Part shown: in pieces, positions 1 to 9,958 of the stretch
Numbering within the stretch: position 1 is the stretch's first letter
How the letters are laid out: the number at the start of each line of letters is the position of its first letter
Assembly (NCBI GenBank): GCA_036507075.1
Contig: DASXQR010000176.1
Span: 1-20,873 of the forward strand
Length of the DNA: 20,873 nucleotides
Direction of reading: 5' to 3'
DNA from: Acidobacteriota bacterium
GTDB taxonomy: Bacteria > Acidobacteriota > UBA6911 > JACQSX01
Notes under the pieces: generated by a model
What the model saw: only the letters and a program-made list of their open reading frames with translations
What the model was told of the DNA's origin: nothing
The model's database searches: none
Translations under genes and position numbers: made by a program

Positions 1-14
1 GACGTGGAAGGGAC

Positions 15-172
15 AATTTGGATTTCGGATTGCGGATCTCAGCATCAAACGGTTGTGGGCCACACATATTGATTCCACATCCCTCATTTCCCATTCCGCA
101 TTCCGCATTCCGCATTCCGCATTCCCCATTCCGCATTCCGCATTCCCATTCCCAATTCCCCATTCCGCATTC
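15..172. repeat. Inverted heptamer-array element, ATTCCGC family (short left arm 15-39, long right arm 72-172)
   Basis: 72-172 holds about 14 tandem units (ATTCCAC ATCCCTC ATTTCCC ATTCCGC x4 ATTCCCC ATTCCGC x2 ...) and runs into the murD stop codon. 15-39 (ATTTGG ATTTCGG ATTGCGG ATCT) is the complementary-type arm. Same design as 9317-9417. Confidence 0.9.
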
Positions 173-1544
173 ATTGCCCCTTCAACTTCATCACCGCCGC
201 CTTGAACTGCCGGCCCCGGTCTTCGTAGTCCTGAAACATGTCAAAGCTGGCGCAGGCGGGCGCCAGCAACACCACATCGCCCGGCCGCGACTTTTCCATA
301 CCGAGACGGACTGCCTCTTCCAAGCCGGCGGCACGGGAGATCGGCTTAAGATCGCCCAGCGCCGCCGCGATCTTTTCGGCCGCTTCACCAATCACTACAA
401 TATGCCTCACGCGCTGCCGAACGGATTCCCGGAGGTCCGAGAAATCGGCGCCCTTGTCGCGCCCTCCCATCAGCACCACCAGCGGCTCGCTGAATGCCTC
501 AAGCGCCTTGATGGCCGCGTCCACATTGGTTGCCTTGGAGTCGTTGAAGAACGAAACTGCTCCGATCTCGGTCACAAACTCCAGTCGATGTTCCACCGCT
601 TTGAAATCCCGAACGGCAAGCGCCATCTGTTCCGGACTGACCCCTGCGGCAAAACCGGCGGCGGTGCAAGCCAGGACGTTTTCCAGATTGTGGCTTCCTC
701 GGAGCGGGATCTCTGCGATGTTGATAACCTTGAAATCGTCCTTCCCTTCCCGCAGCCAGACGGCGCCCTCTCTTACAAATGCCCCTCGACTTACCGGGTT
801 GCGGGCGCTAAACCAATGGACGTCAGAGTGAACCCGGGGCGCCATCGCCTTTACCCGCGCGTCATCGGCATTCAGAACAGCGGCATCCTCTTCCATTTGA
901 TTCTTAAAAATCCTTTCTTTTGCGATGCCATAGAGGTCCATGCTCCCGTGTCGATCGAGATGATCGGGAGTAAGGTTGAGCATCACTGCCACGTTCGGGC
1001 GGAAGTGATCGATGGTCTCGAGTTGAAAACTCGACACCTCTACGACGTGCCAGCTCGCCGTGTCCTCGTTTTGCACCTGGCTGATCAGCGGTGTCCCAAT
1101 GTTTCCGCTGATGAATGTGCTGGGATACCTTTTTGCCAGCATGGCCCCGAGCATAGCCGTGCATGTCGTCTTGCCGTTGGACCCGGTCACGGCCACGATT
1201 CTTCCTTTGAGGACCCGATACGCCAGCTCGATTTCCGAAATCACTGGAACGCCCGCGTCCATGGCCCCTCGAACCACCGGGTGGCTGAGCGGGACTCCCG
1301 GGCTGAGCACCGCCAGATCGGGCTTCTCGGACGGCGGCGGAAAGGTCCCGCCCAAATAGAGCTTCACCGGGAGTGGGCTTTTTGCGCGGATCGCCCCGAG
1401 CTGTTCGATCCATGGGCCAAGATCCGCCTCCCTTTTGTCGTCCGTGATGACCGCCTCGCTTCCTCTTTCCAGCAGGAACCTCACCACGGCCACCCCTGTT
1501 CTTGCCAGGCCGATGACGAGGACCTTCTTGCCGGCCACCTCCAT
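171..1544 (-). CDS. murD: UDP-N-acetylmuramoyl-L-alanine--D-glutamate ligase
   Basis: N-terminal VLVIGLARTG, SPGVP, P-loop VTGSNGKTT, EVSSFQL, NLTPDHLDRH, NDSKATN, C-terminal LLAPACASFDMFQDYEDRG; follows mraY in dcw order. Confidence 0.98.
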   Translation of the reverse strand: MEVAGKKVLVIGLARTGVAVVRFLLERGSEAVITDDKREADLGPWIEQLGAIRAKSPLPVKLYLGGTFPPPSEKPDLAVLSPGVPLSHPVVRGAMDAGVPVISEIELAYRVLKGRIVAVTGSNGKTTCTAMLGAMLAKRYPSTFISGNIGTPLISQVQNEDTASWHVVEVSSFQLETIDHFRPNVAVMLNLTPDHLDRHGSMDLYGIAKERIFKNQMEEDAAVLNADDARVKAMAPRVHSDVHWFSARNPVSRGAFVREGAVWLREGKDDFKVINIAEIPLRGSHNLENVLACTAAGFAAGVSPEQMALAVRDFKAVEHRLEFVTEIGAVSFFNDSKATNVDAAIKALEAFSEPLVVLMGGRDKGADFSDLRESVRQRVRHIVVIGEAAEKIAAALGDLKPISRAAGLEEAVRLGMEKSRPGDVVLLAPACASFDMFQDYEDRGRQFKAAVMKLKGQ

Positions 1545-1550
1545 AAGCCA

Positions 1551-2663
1551 TCACCGCAATTTCAGCGTGGTCAGGCTGAACAGGACGAAAATCAGCGCGA
1601 TAATCCAGAAACGCACCACTACTTTGGGTTCTCTCCATCCGAGTAACTCGAAATGATGATGTACCGGCGCCATGCGAAAAATTCTCTTTCCCCGCATCTT
1701 GTAAGATGCCACTTGCAAGATCACCGAGAGCGCCTCGATTACAAAAATACCGCCGATGAACGGCAACAAGAGCTCTTGTTTGATCAGGAGTGCCACCGTC
1801 CCGATCGCTCCACCCAGCGCCATGGCGCCTACATCGCCCATGAACACTTCCGCAGGGTAGGAGTTGTACCAGAGAAAACCAAGGGTCGCGCCCACCATGG
1901 AGCCACAGAAGATTGTCAATTCACTTACGTACACGTTTTTGATGAGTCCCAGATAAGATGCAAATGTGGCATGTCCGGTAACGTAAGTCAGAACAGTCAA
2001 AGCCGACGCAGTCATGACCACTGAACCCGCCGCAAGACCATCCAATCCGTCGGTCACGTTCACGGCGTTGGAGGCTCCAACCAGCACCCATACGGCAAAA
2101 AGAATCAGCGGCAGGTACGTCGAATATCCGGCAATCTTCAGGTCCAGCACCGGCCGGATTTTCTTAAAAAACGGAACACTCAACTCGAGGCTGTAGATGC
2201 CCTGATGGTACAGCAGGATTAAAACTGCTGCGATGACCAGCGATGCGGCAATCTGGGCCCCCATTTTGGACCGGGCCGTCAAGCCGAGATTGCGTTTGTG
2301 AGCGGTCTTCAAGTAGTCATCCAGGAATCCGATCAACCCAAACAGAGTGATTGAGGCCATCGCAATCCACACATAGTAGTTCGTCAGATCCGCCCACAGC
2401 AGCGTGGGGATCAGAACACTGGCAACAATCAATACACCTCCCATGGTGGGAGTGCCCGCCTTTGAGCGGTGTGCCGCCGGTCCCTCTTCCCGGATGTACT
2501 GCCCGATCTGAAATTCCCTCAGCCGGCGAATCACCCAGGGACCGAAGACCAAGGTGAGGAGCAGCGCCGTGAGAGAGGCGTACACGGTTCGGAACGTGAT
2601 GTAGCGAACAACGTTGAGGACCGGTATTACCTGATGGAACTGGTAAAGGAAGTGATAAATCAT
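1551..2663 (-). CDS. mraY: Phospho-N-acetylmuramoyl-pentapeptide transferase
   Basis: Polytopic membrane protein with [43 protein letters not shown]. Confidence 0.98.
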   Translation of the reverse strand: MIYHFLYQFHQVIPVLNVVRYITFRTVYASLTALLLTLVFGPWVIRRLREFQIGQYIREEGPAAHRSKAGTPTMGGVLIVASVLIPTLLWADLTNYYVWIAMASITLFGLIGFLDDYLKTAHKRNLGLTARSKMGAQIAASLVIAAVLILLYHQGIYSLELSVPFFKKIRPVLDLKIAGYSTYLPLILFAVWVLVGASNAVNVTDGLDGLAAGSVVMTASALTVLTYVTGHATFASYLGLIKNVYVSELTIFCGSMVGATLGFLWYNSYPAEVFMGDVGAMALGGAIGTVALLIKQELLLPFIGGIFVIEALSVILQVASYKMRGKRIFRMAPVHHHFELLGWREPKVVVRFWIIALIFVLFSLTTLKLR

Positions 2664-4051
2664 GAATGGACTCCGCTTCCGTGAAGCGCTGTCAGGCGCT
2701 CCACTACCTTATCCATGCGGATTCCGCGGGAACCCTTTACCAACAGCAGGTCTCCGGTGCGGCACAGTTGAGCGGTAAATTCAGCGGCCTGCTCGCTGCT
2801 CTCAAAGTATCGGGTCTGAGATTCCGGCACGCCTCCCTGTTTTGCCCCTTCCAGGATGGCTGCGGCGTTCCCACGCACTCCAATGATCCAATCGAATCCA
2901 AGCCGCGCCAGCTCCAGGCCGGCCTCGTAGTGGAAGCGGGGGCTTTCTTTCCCGAGCTCGAGCATTTCTCCCAGCACGGCAATCCTGCGGCGGAAGCCCG
3001 CCAGGGTGGCAGCCGAAGCAGCGACTTCGCGCAGTGCTGCCGGGTTTGAATTGTATGAATCGTCGATGAGCGTGGCCGAGTTGCTTATCCTGATAATTTG
3101 ACCGCGCATCGGGACCGGCGACAGTGAGGGTGCCACGGACGCGATTTCGTCCACTGTCAGGCCCATCCAGAACGCGACGGCGGCAGCCGCCAGAAAGTTG
3201 TAGACGAAGTACCTGCCCGCCATAGGAAGGACCACCTCCCGACGCGATCCTCCTGCCAGCAGCACAAAGCTTGTCCGGACCGATTCGGGAATGCGAATAT
3301 TCTGAGCCTGGATTTCCGATGAGGATTGCGTGCCGAAAGCGATCTTTTTCCCCTTGAACGCGGCGGCCTTGCTCGAAAGCAGCGGATCATCGGCGTTGTA
3401 AACCCACGTTCCTCTGGATTCAAGATATTCGGCGAGCTCCAGTTTGGCTTGTGCGATCTGCTCAACGGAATCGAAGAATTCCAGATGAACCGGCTGTACG
3501 TTGGTAATCACGCCGGCGTCCGGTTCCGCAATCCGGCTCAGGGCGGCAATTTCTCCCAGCGCAGACATTCCCATTTCAAGAACGGCCACATCTGTTTCAG
3601 GCGACATGCGCAGCAACGATAGCGGCAGCCCGAAGTGGTTGTTCAGGTTCCCCGCGTTGGAGTAGACGCGGAACCGGGAGCTGAGCACTCCGGCGATGAA
3701 GGTTTTGGTGGTGGTTTTCCCTGTGCTGCCTGTCACTGCCACCACGGTTTTCGACCAGAGACGCCGATACTCGCGCGCCAGATTCTGAAGCGCTTCTGTG
3801 GTGTCGCGCACCTGCAACTGAGAGTTGCTGGAGGAAATCTCATTCCTCAACTCCGATACCACGGCCCCGGCCGCCCCTTTCTGGAACGCGGATTGCAAAA
3901 AGTCGTGACCGTCAAATTTCGGCCCTTTAATGGCAAAGAAAAGATCCCCGGGCTGCAGCGTTCGGCTGTCAATGGAGAATCCCGAGATTGCGGGCAGCCG
4001 TGCGCCGACGAGTTTGGCGTTCATCGCGCCGGCAATCTGCTCAGCCGTCAT
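2660..4051 (-). CDS. murF: UDP-N-acetylmuramoyl-tripeptide--D-alanyl-D-alanine ligase
   Basis: [63 protein letters not shown]; 4-bp overlaps with murE and mraY. Confidence 0.97.
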   Translation of the reverse strand: MTAEQIAGAMNAKLVGARLPAISGFSIDSRTLQPGDLFFAIKGPKFDGHDFLQSAFQKGAAGAVVSELRNEISSSNSQLQVRDTTEALQNLAREYRRLWSKTVVAVTGSTGKTTTKTFIAGVLSSRFRVYSNAGNLNNHFGLPLSLLRMSPETDVAVLEMGMSALGEIAALSRIAEPDAGVITNVQPVHLEFFDSVEQIAQAKLELAEYLESRGTWVYNADDPLLSSKAAAFKGKKIAFGTQSSSEIQAQNIRIPESVRTSFVLLAGGSRREVVLPMAGRYFVYNFLAAAAVAFWMGLTVDEIASVAPSLSPVPMRGQIIRISNSATLIDDSYNSNPAALREVAASAATLAGFRRRIAVLGEMLELGKESPRFHYEAGLELARLGFDWIIGVRGNAAAILEGAKQGGVPESQTRYFESSEQAAEFTAQLCRTGDLLLVKGSRGIRMDKVVERLTALHGSGVHS

Positions 4052-5517
4052 TTCTCGTCCTCGATCGCCTGCTGGGCCTCTTCCTTGTCCGAGAATGGAA
4101 TTTTCTGTGTCCCGATCACCTGGTAGTCCTCATGTCCCTTGCCGGCCAATATAACGGTATCCTCATCGGTCGCCATTCCCACCGCGTGGCGAATTGCTTC
4201 GCGGCGGTCCCGGATGCGCACATAGGGGGTGGACGTGATTTTCACGGAAGGCTCGATCGCGTCCAGAATCGCATCGGGATCTTCGGTGCGCGGGTTATCC
4301 GTAGTAATCACCACATAATCGGCAAACTGGGCGGCAACTTTTCCCATCACCGGCCGCTTGGTCCGGTCTCGATCGCCGCCGCATCCGAATAGCACGATCA
4401 ATTTCCCCCGGGTAAGGGGTCGGGAAAGCTGCAAAACATTTCTCAAAGCATCGTCGGTGTGCGCGTAATCGACATAGATATGCAGCCCTCTGGAATTCTG
4501 CACCGGCTCCATCCGCCCCGGCGCGGTCTGCATCTCCTGCACGCCCTTCTGGACCGCTTTTCCCTCTACTCCCAGTTCCAGCGCCGCGGCGCACGCTCCC
4601 AGGATGTTATACACATTGGGCAATCCGATCAGAGAAGAGCGAATGGCAAGAGAACGCTTTCCGGAAAGCTGAAAGGCGATTCCGTGCTGGTCGAGGCTCA
4701 GATCACGACACTGGTAGTCGGTCTTCGGACTTACTCCAAAGCTCACTCGCCGGCTTCCCACCTCATTCCAGAGACGATCGCCGTAGGCATCATCCCGGTT
4801 GACGACCCGGATGGGGTTGCCGAATGCCGGATCCACAAAAAATCGCCTCTTGGCTGCATAGTAGTTTTCGAAGGTCCGATGAAAGTCAAGATGATCCCGG
4901 GTCAAGTTGGTAAAGATAGCCGCCTTGAAATCCAGAAAGTCGCTGCGGCGCAGCTCCAGCGCGTGGGATGAAACTTCCATGCAACCAAACCGGCAACCGG
5001 CGTCCACGGCGCGCCGCAGCAGCGACTGCACGTCCGGCGCTTCGGGAGTGGTATGTTCAGCGGGAATCTGCTCGCCTCCGATTTTGCGACCGATGGTCCC
5101 CAGCATCGCTGTGCTCGCCCCTACGGCCCGAAAGATTGAATCCATCAGGTACACGGTGGTGGTTTTACCGTTGGTTCCCGTTACTCCCACCAGCATCAAG
5201 TCTCGGCTCGGATGCCGGTAAAAATTAGCGGCTGCGCGAGCCATACTGGCGCGCGCATCGGAAACGCGCAGCCACGCAACCCTGTGGGGATCGGCCGGTT
5301 TTTCCGAAATCACACACGCGGCGCCTTTTTGCACGGCGTCGCTGACAAAACGGTGTCCATCAGTGTTGAATCCGCGGAGCGCGAAGAACAGGTAACCCGG
5401 TTTGACCTGCCTGGAGTCATAAGCCAGCCCTGTTATTTCAGGGGGAGCACCTCCGTGAGCTTCTCCGCCTGTCATGCTAATCACTTCAATACCTTGCATC
5501 AGCTCTTTTAAGTTCAA
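4048..5517 (-). CDS. murE: UDP-N-acetylmuramoyl-L-alanyl-D-glutamate--2,6-diaminopimelate ligase (TTG start)
   Basis: YDSRQV, VTGTNGKTT, HTTPEA, MEVSSHAL, FTNLTRDHLDFH, VDYAHT, FGCGGDRD, DNPR motif (typical of meso-DAP specificity), AGKGHE. Confidence 0.98.
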   Translation of the reverse strand: MNLKELMQGIEVISMTGGEAHGGAPPEITGLAYDSRQVKPGYLFFALRGFNTDGHRFVSDAVQKGAACVISEKPADPHRVAWLRVSDARASMARAAANFYRHPSRDLMLVGVTGTNGKTTTVYLMDSIFRAVGASTAMLGTIGRKIGGEQIPAEHTTPEAPDVQSLLRRAVDAGCRFGCMEVSSHALELRRSDFLDFKAAIFTNLTRDHLDFHRTFENYYAAKRRFFVDPAFGNPIRVVNRDDAYGDRLWNEVGSRRVSFGVSPKTDYQCRDLSLDQHGIAFQLSGKRSLAIRSSLIGLPNVYNILGACAAALELGVEGKAVQKGVQEMQTAPGRMEPVQNSRGLHIYVDYAHTDDALRNVLQLSRPLTRGKLIVLFGCGGDRDRTKRPVMGKVAAQFADYVVITTDNPRTEDPDAILDAIEPSVKITSTPYVRIRDRREAIRHAVGMATDEDTVILAGKGHEDYQVIGTQKIPFSDKEEAQQAIEDEK

Positions 5518-7543
5518 GTGAGGTCCTGACCTGATAGGGCTTAAAACTGAAAAACACTTCGCATACCATCCCGTTGTAGATGGGGATGCCGGCAGCGGGG
5601 CGCTGAGCCACGGCGCGCCCGGCGCCCGAAATCTTCAGCTTCAAACCGAGGCGGGCGCAGATGCGAGCAACCTCGCGCACACTTTTTGTCGAAAAATCCG
5701 GCAACTGCTCCGAAGTTTCTTCAAGAGGCATGGAAACAACGCCGCGCGGGCCGGCAGATTCCAGCTTTGGTTCCTGGCGCAGCATGCTCTGCACCACCTG
5801 AACTACATCTACGATTTCAGTTTCATCCGGCTGCGGCTCCGCCGGAATTGACCGGGCTATGCGCAGGGTGTCTTTTTCCCGGGGTATCCCCAGTTGCACC
5901 AGCGTCCGTTCCACGATTTCCTTGAATACAGGCGCCGCAACGGCGCTTCCATAAATCGCCCCCCTCGGCTCGTCAATCATCACCAGCACCACCACTGCCG
6001 GATTCTCCACTGGAGCGAAGCCCACAAACGAAGCAACGTAGCGCGTATGCGAGTAGCTCCCGTCGATAAATTTCTGCGCGGTGCCCGTTTTGCCGGCAGC
6101 GCTGTAGCCATAAGGTTTCGCCAGTTTGCCCGTTCCGTCGTCCACTACCTGGATCAGGGCCTGCCGGATCCTTTCAGCCGTTGGGGAGCTGATTACACGA
6201 TGGCATTCCGAACGCCCGGACTTGACCACCGAACCGTTGGGCGCCAGCACTCGATTCACTATGCTGGGACGCACCCATTGGCCGTCGTTGGCCAGCGCCC
6301 CGAAAGCCGCCGCCACTTGAAGTGGAGTGACGCCGATCTCCTGTCCGATCGAGATGGCGCCAATTGAGAGCTTGGACCAGCTTTCCGGAGCCCTCAGCAG
6401 GCCGCTCTGCTCGCCGGGGAGTTCCACGCCTGTGGGCTGGCCAAATTGGAATTTTCGGATGTACTGATAGAGCCTTTCCTCTCCCAGCCTTAATCCTAAC
6501 TTGATTGTCCCCACATTGCTCGACTTGGCCAGGATCTGATTAAACGTCAGCACTCCGTAGGAGTCGTGCGCCTCTCGAAAAACCTTCCCGCCCAGCGAAA
6601 CTGAACCCACACTGCAGTTAATCAGCTCTTCCGGAAAGGCAAGTTTTTCTTCCAGCGCGGCCGAAGCGGCCACAATCTTGAAGGTGGACCCTGGCTCGTA
6701 AGTGTCGAGAATGGCGCGGTTACGCCTCATTTCGGCAGTGACCTGCGCGTACTGGTTTGGGTTGAACGACGGATAAGACGCCATCGCCAGCACCGCCCCG
6801 GAATGCGGCTCGATTACAATCGCGGCGCCTCCGGAGGCCTGAAACTTTTCGACGGCGCCGCCGAGTTGCTGCTCGGCGATATACTGAATGTTCTTGTCCA
6901 GGTTCAGCACCACCACATTTCCCGATTGTGAATTCTCATCCGGCGCTCCGAACAGAATCTGGCTTCTGGCATCACGGGTTACGATAACGGTGCGGGCGTC
7001 GCCGCGAATTTCGCCGTCCAGGAGATACTCAATTCCCGAAAGTCCCGTGTTGTCCATTCCCACAAATCCAATCACATGCGCGGCCAGTTCCTGATTTGGA
7101 TAAAACCGTTTGCTTTCCCTCTGAAACCTGAGTCCTCTCAGCCCCAGCGCTCGGATCTGCTCGCTCTCGCGCGGGGTGATCTTGCGCTTGACATAGACAA
7201 AAGGCGCTCCCGAAGTAAGCCGCTCGTAAAGAGTCTCAACGGGAATGCCGATGATAGGTCCGATTTTCTGCGCTGCGGCACGGACATCCTTGATCTCTCT
7301 GGGATGGCAGTAGACGGAATCCAGCGCGACGCTCACGGCCAGTTCTTCCAGATTACGATCGAGAACGTCTCCCCGCATGGGAGTGAGCTGGACATATCCC
7401 TGCTGCTGCTGCTGCGCCTTTTGCAGGTAGGTGTCGTGCTGGAATATCTGGAGCTGCACGAGGCGAAAGAAGATCACAAGCGCCCAGAGGAAAACCAGGG
7501 CTGCCAGGCAGATCAGGCGATGAGGATTAAAATCGTTCCGCAT
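5486..7543 (-). CDS. ftsI: Class B penicillin-binding protein (PBP3/FtsI) with C-terminal PASTA-like domain
   Basis: N-terminal TM, RGDVLDRN, RFYP, GLSGIE, SxxK (EPGSTFK), SxN (SSN), KTG (KTGTAQK); tail LPDFSTKSVREV...GAGRAVAQRP resembles PASTA. Overlaps the murE start by 32 bp. Confidence 0.95.
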   Translation of the reverse strand: MRNDFNPHRLICLAALVFLWALVIFFRLVQLQIFQHDTYLQKAQQQQQGYVQLTPMRGDVLDRNLEELAVSVALDSVYCHPREIKDVRAAAQKIGPIIGIPVETLYERLTSGAPFVYVKRKITPRESEQIRALGLRGLRFQRESKRFYPNQELAAHVIGFVGMDNTGLSGIEYLLDGEIRGDARTVIVTRDARSQILFGAPDENSQSGNVVVLNLDKNIQYIAEQQLGGAVEKFQASGGAAIVIEPHSGAVLAMASYPSFNPNQYAQVTAEMRRNRAILDTYEPGSTFKIVAASAALEEKLAFPEELINCSVGSVSLGGKVFREAHDSYGVLTFNQILAKSSNVGTIKLGLRLGEERLYQYIRKFQFGQPTGVELPGEQSGLLRAPESWSKLSIGAISIGQEIGVTPLQVAAAFGALANDGQWVRPSIVNRVLAPNGSVVKSGRSECHRVISSPTAERIRQALIQVVDDGTGKLAKPYGYSAAGKTGTAQKFIDGSYSHTRYVASFVGFAPVENPAVVVLVMIDEPRGAIYGSAVAAPVFKEIVERTLVQLGIPREKDTLRIARSIPAEPQPDETEIVDVVQVVQSMLRQEPKLESAGPRGVVSMPLEETSEQLPDFSTKSVREVARICARLGLKLKISGAGRAVAQRPAAGIPIYNGMVCEVFFSFKPYQVRTSLELKRADARY

Positions 7544-7557
7544 GAGGAGGTGCCGCC

Positions 7558-7714
7558 TGTCCGTTCTTCGTGCTCCGTGCTCCGTGGTCCGTTGGCGGTT
7601 GTTTACTATCCTTTCATCATCCGTTGTAAGTATTGGAGGGGGTCATCGATTGGGCCCGCAATGCCACGGGCAAGAACAACGGACGACGGACCACGGAACA
7701 ACGGACCGCCGATC
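7558..7714. repeat. Inverted heptamer-array element, TGTCCGT/ACGGACA family
   Basis: Left arm 7558-7599: TGTCCGT TCTTCGT GCTCCGT GCTCCGT GGTCCGT TGGCGGT. Right arm 7666-7714: ACGGGCA AGAACA ACGGACG ACGGACC ACGGAACA ACGGACC GCCGATC. Same family as 11499-11638. Confidence 0.85.
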
Positions 7715-7739
7715 CAGTATTCTTACATACTCAGAATCT

Positions 7740-7766
7740 TCACTCTGTCCAATAAACAATCGTCAT
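7740..7766 (-). other. Candidate 8-codon mini-ORF MTIVYWTE* behind a strong Shine-Dalgarno
   Basis: Minus strand reads AAAAGGAG-AATTC-ATG ACG ATT GTT TAT TGG ACA GAG TGA, between ftsL and ftsI; not in frame with ftsI. Confidence 0.3.
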
Positions 7767-7812
7767 GAATTCTCCTTTTTATTTTCCGGAATCTCGTCCG
7801 CCCAAATAATGC

Positions 7813-8223
7813 TCACTGCCGCGTCTCCTTGTTTCCGGAAACTGCGGGCAAAATAGACTCAGCCAGTACCCGCTCTGTCGTGACGGCGGCCGAATCGCTG
7901 ATGAAAACAACCTTTTCTGAATTTGCCGGGATCAGCCCCAGTTGCGCGCGGGCAAATGCATCGATCCGCTGCGGAGAGCGGCATGCTGCGTGTTCCAGCA
8001 ACAAGGCCTGGTGTTGCTCTTTGAGCAAAGCCGTGTCGCGTTTGATTTCCTGAACCTGGTAACCAAGCGCAATGATTTCAGAATGAAACCAGGAGTAGGC
8101 CAGAATGAGAAAAGCCACTATGCTGCCAAGCAAAACGTAGCGGCCGATCTCACTGAGACTGATCTTGTGGGCGGCGCTGGCAACTGCGCGATTCTGAATC
8201 TGTTGGCAATGATAATCCTTCAT
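7813..8223 (-). CDS. ftsL: Cell division protein FtsL
   Basis: Small bitopic protein: one TM, coiled coil, RSPQRIDAFARAQLGL motif; located between rsmH and ftsI; AGGTG SD upstream. Confidence 0.9.
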   Translation of the reverse strand: MKDYHCQQIQNRAVASAAHKISLSEIGRYVLLGSIVAFLILAYSWFHSEIIALGYQVQEIKRDTALLKEQHQALLLEHAACRSPQRIDAFARAQLGLIPANSEKVVFISDSAAVTTERVLAESILPAVSGNKETRQ

Positions 8224-8236
8224 AAGTCACCTAAAT

Positions 8237-8302
8237 CTTTGTGTCCTTTGTGTCTTTGTGGTGAAAAAGCGTCCCACCACAAAGACACAAAGAGCACAAA
8301 AG
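8237..8302. repeat. Hairpin element of CTTTGTG(T/N) 8-9-mer units
   Basis: CTTTGTGTC CTTTGTGT CTTTGTGGTG (8237-8263), 11-nt loop, CACCACAAAG ACACAAAG AGCACAAAAG (8275-8302); the inner 18 bp are a perfect stem. Near-identical to 14220-14285. Confidence 0.92.
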
Positions 8303-8321
8303 CAAAAATCGGTCCCGCAGC

Positions 8322-9251
8322 TTAAAGCTTTTCCACCGATCGAAGCTTTGCGCTGCGGGACCTCGGATTCCGGTGAACCTCCTCCTCAGTTGGCTGCACC
8401 GGCTTCCTTGTCAATAACCGAACCACCTTTTTCTTTGGGCAGTTACATTCGTCGGCGGGGCGGAAACAGATGCATTTCCCGCTGAGCAGGTTGAATTCGG
8501 TTTTAACAATTCGATCTTCCAGTGAGTGAAAACTGATTGCCACCATCCGTCCGCCGGCTTTCAGAAACTCTACGGTTTCATGAATGAATTCCTTCAGACC
8601 TGCGAGCTCGTCGTTGACCGCAATCCTGAGGGCTTGAAATACCCGCGTGGCTGGATGAATGCGATGCTTACCCAGTTTCACTACCGAGCGCACAATACGA
8701 GCCAGCATTCCGGTGGTCGTGATCTGCTCCAGTGCGCGTTCTTCGACAATGCGGCGCGCGATCTGACGCGACTTCCTCTCTTCGCCGAAGCGATAAAAAA
8801 TGTCTGCCAGTTCCTTTTCAGATAATTGCTGGACCAGGTCGGCCGCCGTAAGCTTCTGCGTCGTATCCATCCGCATATCGAGGGGACCTTCAGCGAAACT
8901 GAAGCCACGTTGAGGGGACATCAACTGGAGGGATGAAGCTCCGAGGTCCAAAAGGATGCCGTCGACTTCGGAGATGTGGAGGTTGTTCAGAACCAGGGGA
9001 AGGTTTTTGTAATTCTCGTGGAAAAGCTTGATGCGGCGGCCGTTGGTTAACCGTTCCTGAGCTAGCTGCAAAGCGTGGCTGTCACGATCCAAACCGATCA
9101 GAAGACCGTCGGGACCGATTTCTCTGAGAACGGCTTCAGAGTGGCCACCCAGACCCACAGTACAGTCGACATAGGTACCTCCACGCCTGCAATCCAGAAA
9201 CCGGATTACTTCATTCAACAGTACCGGCGTGTGTGTGGTGGAGGTCGACAT
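8322..9251 (-). CDS. rsmH: 16S rRNA (cytosine1402-N4)-methyltransferase
   Basis: HTPVLLNEV, YVDCTVGLGGHS, DLGASSLQL, RGFSF, PLDMRMD, HPATRVFQALRIAVNDEL, ISFHSLEDRIVK, NPRSRSAKLR. Confidence 0.98.
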   Translation of the reverse strand: MSTSTTHTPVLLNEVIRFLDCRRGGTYVDCTVGLGGHSEAVLREIGPDGLLIGLDRDSHALQLAQERLTNGRRIKLFHENYKNLPLVLNNLHISEVDGILLDLGASSLQLMSPQRGFSFAEGPLDMRMDTTQKLTAADLVQQLSEKELADIFYRFGEERKSRQIARRIVEERALEQITTTGMLARIVRSVVKLGKHRIHPATRVFQALRIAVNDELAGLKEFIHETVEFLKAGGRMVAISFHSLEDRIVKTEFNLLSGKCICFRPADECNCPKKKVVRLLTRKPVQPTEEEVHRNPRSRSAKLRSVEKL

Positions 9252-9316
9252 TTTTTAACGCCTCGTGATTTCAATTCACAACAACAAATTCAATGCAACA
9301 CTCAGATGCTCCTTGC

Positions 9317-9417
9317 AATTTCGGATTGCAGAATGCGGAATGCGGAATGGGCCTTAAATTCCTGGGAGAACCAGCCTTTTATTCCGCATTCGGCATTCAG
9401 AAATCCGCATTCGGCAC
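9317..9417. repeat. Inverted heptamer-array element, ATTCCGC family
   Basis: Left arm AATTTCGG ATTGCAG AATGCGG AATGCGG AATGGG (9317-9351), 29-nt spacer, right arm ATTCCGC ATTCGGC ATTCAGA AATCCGC ATTCGGC (9381-9415); ends about 10 nt from the mraZ stop. Confidence 0.9.
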
Positions 9418-9426
9418 ACTTCATTG

Positions 9427-9867
9427 CTAAATCCCAAAATCAGAAAGCGTCTCGGCATCCTTGTTTGTGTACGGATCGGATTCCATCAGCTTCGAGAAAC
9501 GCTCATTGTTCCAAACCTCCAGATATGTGAGGTTGCCCATTACAGCCACTTCTCCGGCCATTCCGGCGGCTTCGCGAAGATGCGGCTGGATCAGTACCCG
9601 TCCTTGCTTGTCCATCTGCGTCAGTTGGCCGTAATAATTTGTGTTCCTCAAAAATTTCACCTTTTCGGGCTTCATCTTCGGAGGGGCCAGAAGCTTGGCC
9701 TCAATCTCCTCCCATTCCGAAAGCGGATAAATCAAAACGTTGTTCCCCGTGAGGCTGGTGACATACACATCGACGCCGTATTTCTCCTCAATGAACTTGC
9801 GGAAGCCGACAGGGACTTTAATGCGTCCCTTTTCATCCATTGTTGCCGGTAAATTTCCCCGCAGCAT
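9427..9867 (-). CDS. mraZ: Division/cell wall cluster transcriptional repressor MraZ
   Basis: Two AbrB-like repeats (MDEKGRIKVP, MDKQGRVLIQPHLR), LEVWN motif; first gene of the dcw cluster; GAGGA SD. Confidence 0.97.
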   Translation of the reverse strand: MLRGNLPATMDEKGRIKVPVGFRKFIEEKYGVDVYVTSLTGNNVLIYPLSEWEEIEAKLLAPPKMKPEKVKFLRNTNYYGQLTQMDKQGRVLIQPHLREAAGMAGEVAVMGNLTYLEVWNNERFSKLMESDPYTNKDAETLSDFGI

Positions 9868-9920
9868 TCCATCCTCAACGACTCTTTCCCTTTAAAAACG
9901 GGTAAACAAGGAAGGCTTGG

Positions 9921-9955
9921 ACCCTTTTTCTCTACTTTAGTCCACTTTAGTCCAC
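9921..9955 (-). promoter_or_regulatory. MraZ binding repeats (operator)
   Basis: Minus strand GTGGA-CTAAA-GTGGA-CTAAA-GTAGA-GAAAA-AGGGT: GTGG-like boxes at an exact 10-nt period, just downstream of the -10 element. Confidence 0.85.
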
Positions 9956-9958
9956 GGA

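Noticed and set aside
18..1646. 542-aa plus-strand ORF
   Set aside because: Antisense shadow of murD; its N-terminus (RIPHSPFRIPHS) is just the translated heptamer array.
5486..5517. ftsI/murE 32-bp overlap as a frameshifted fusion
   Set aside because: Both proteins are complete and murE has its own TTG start with an AGGA upstream; short overlaps are normal in dcw clusters.
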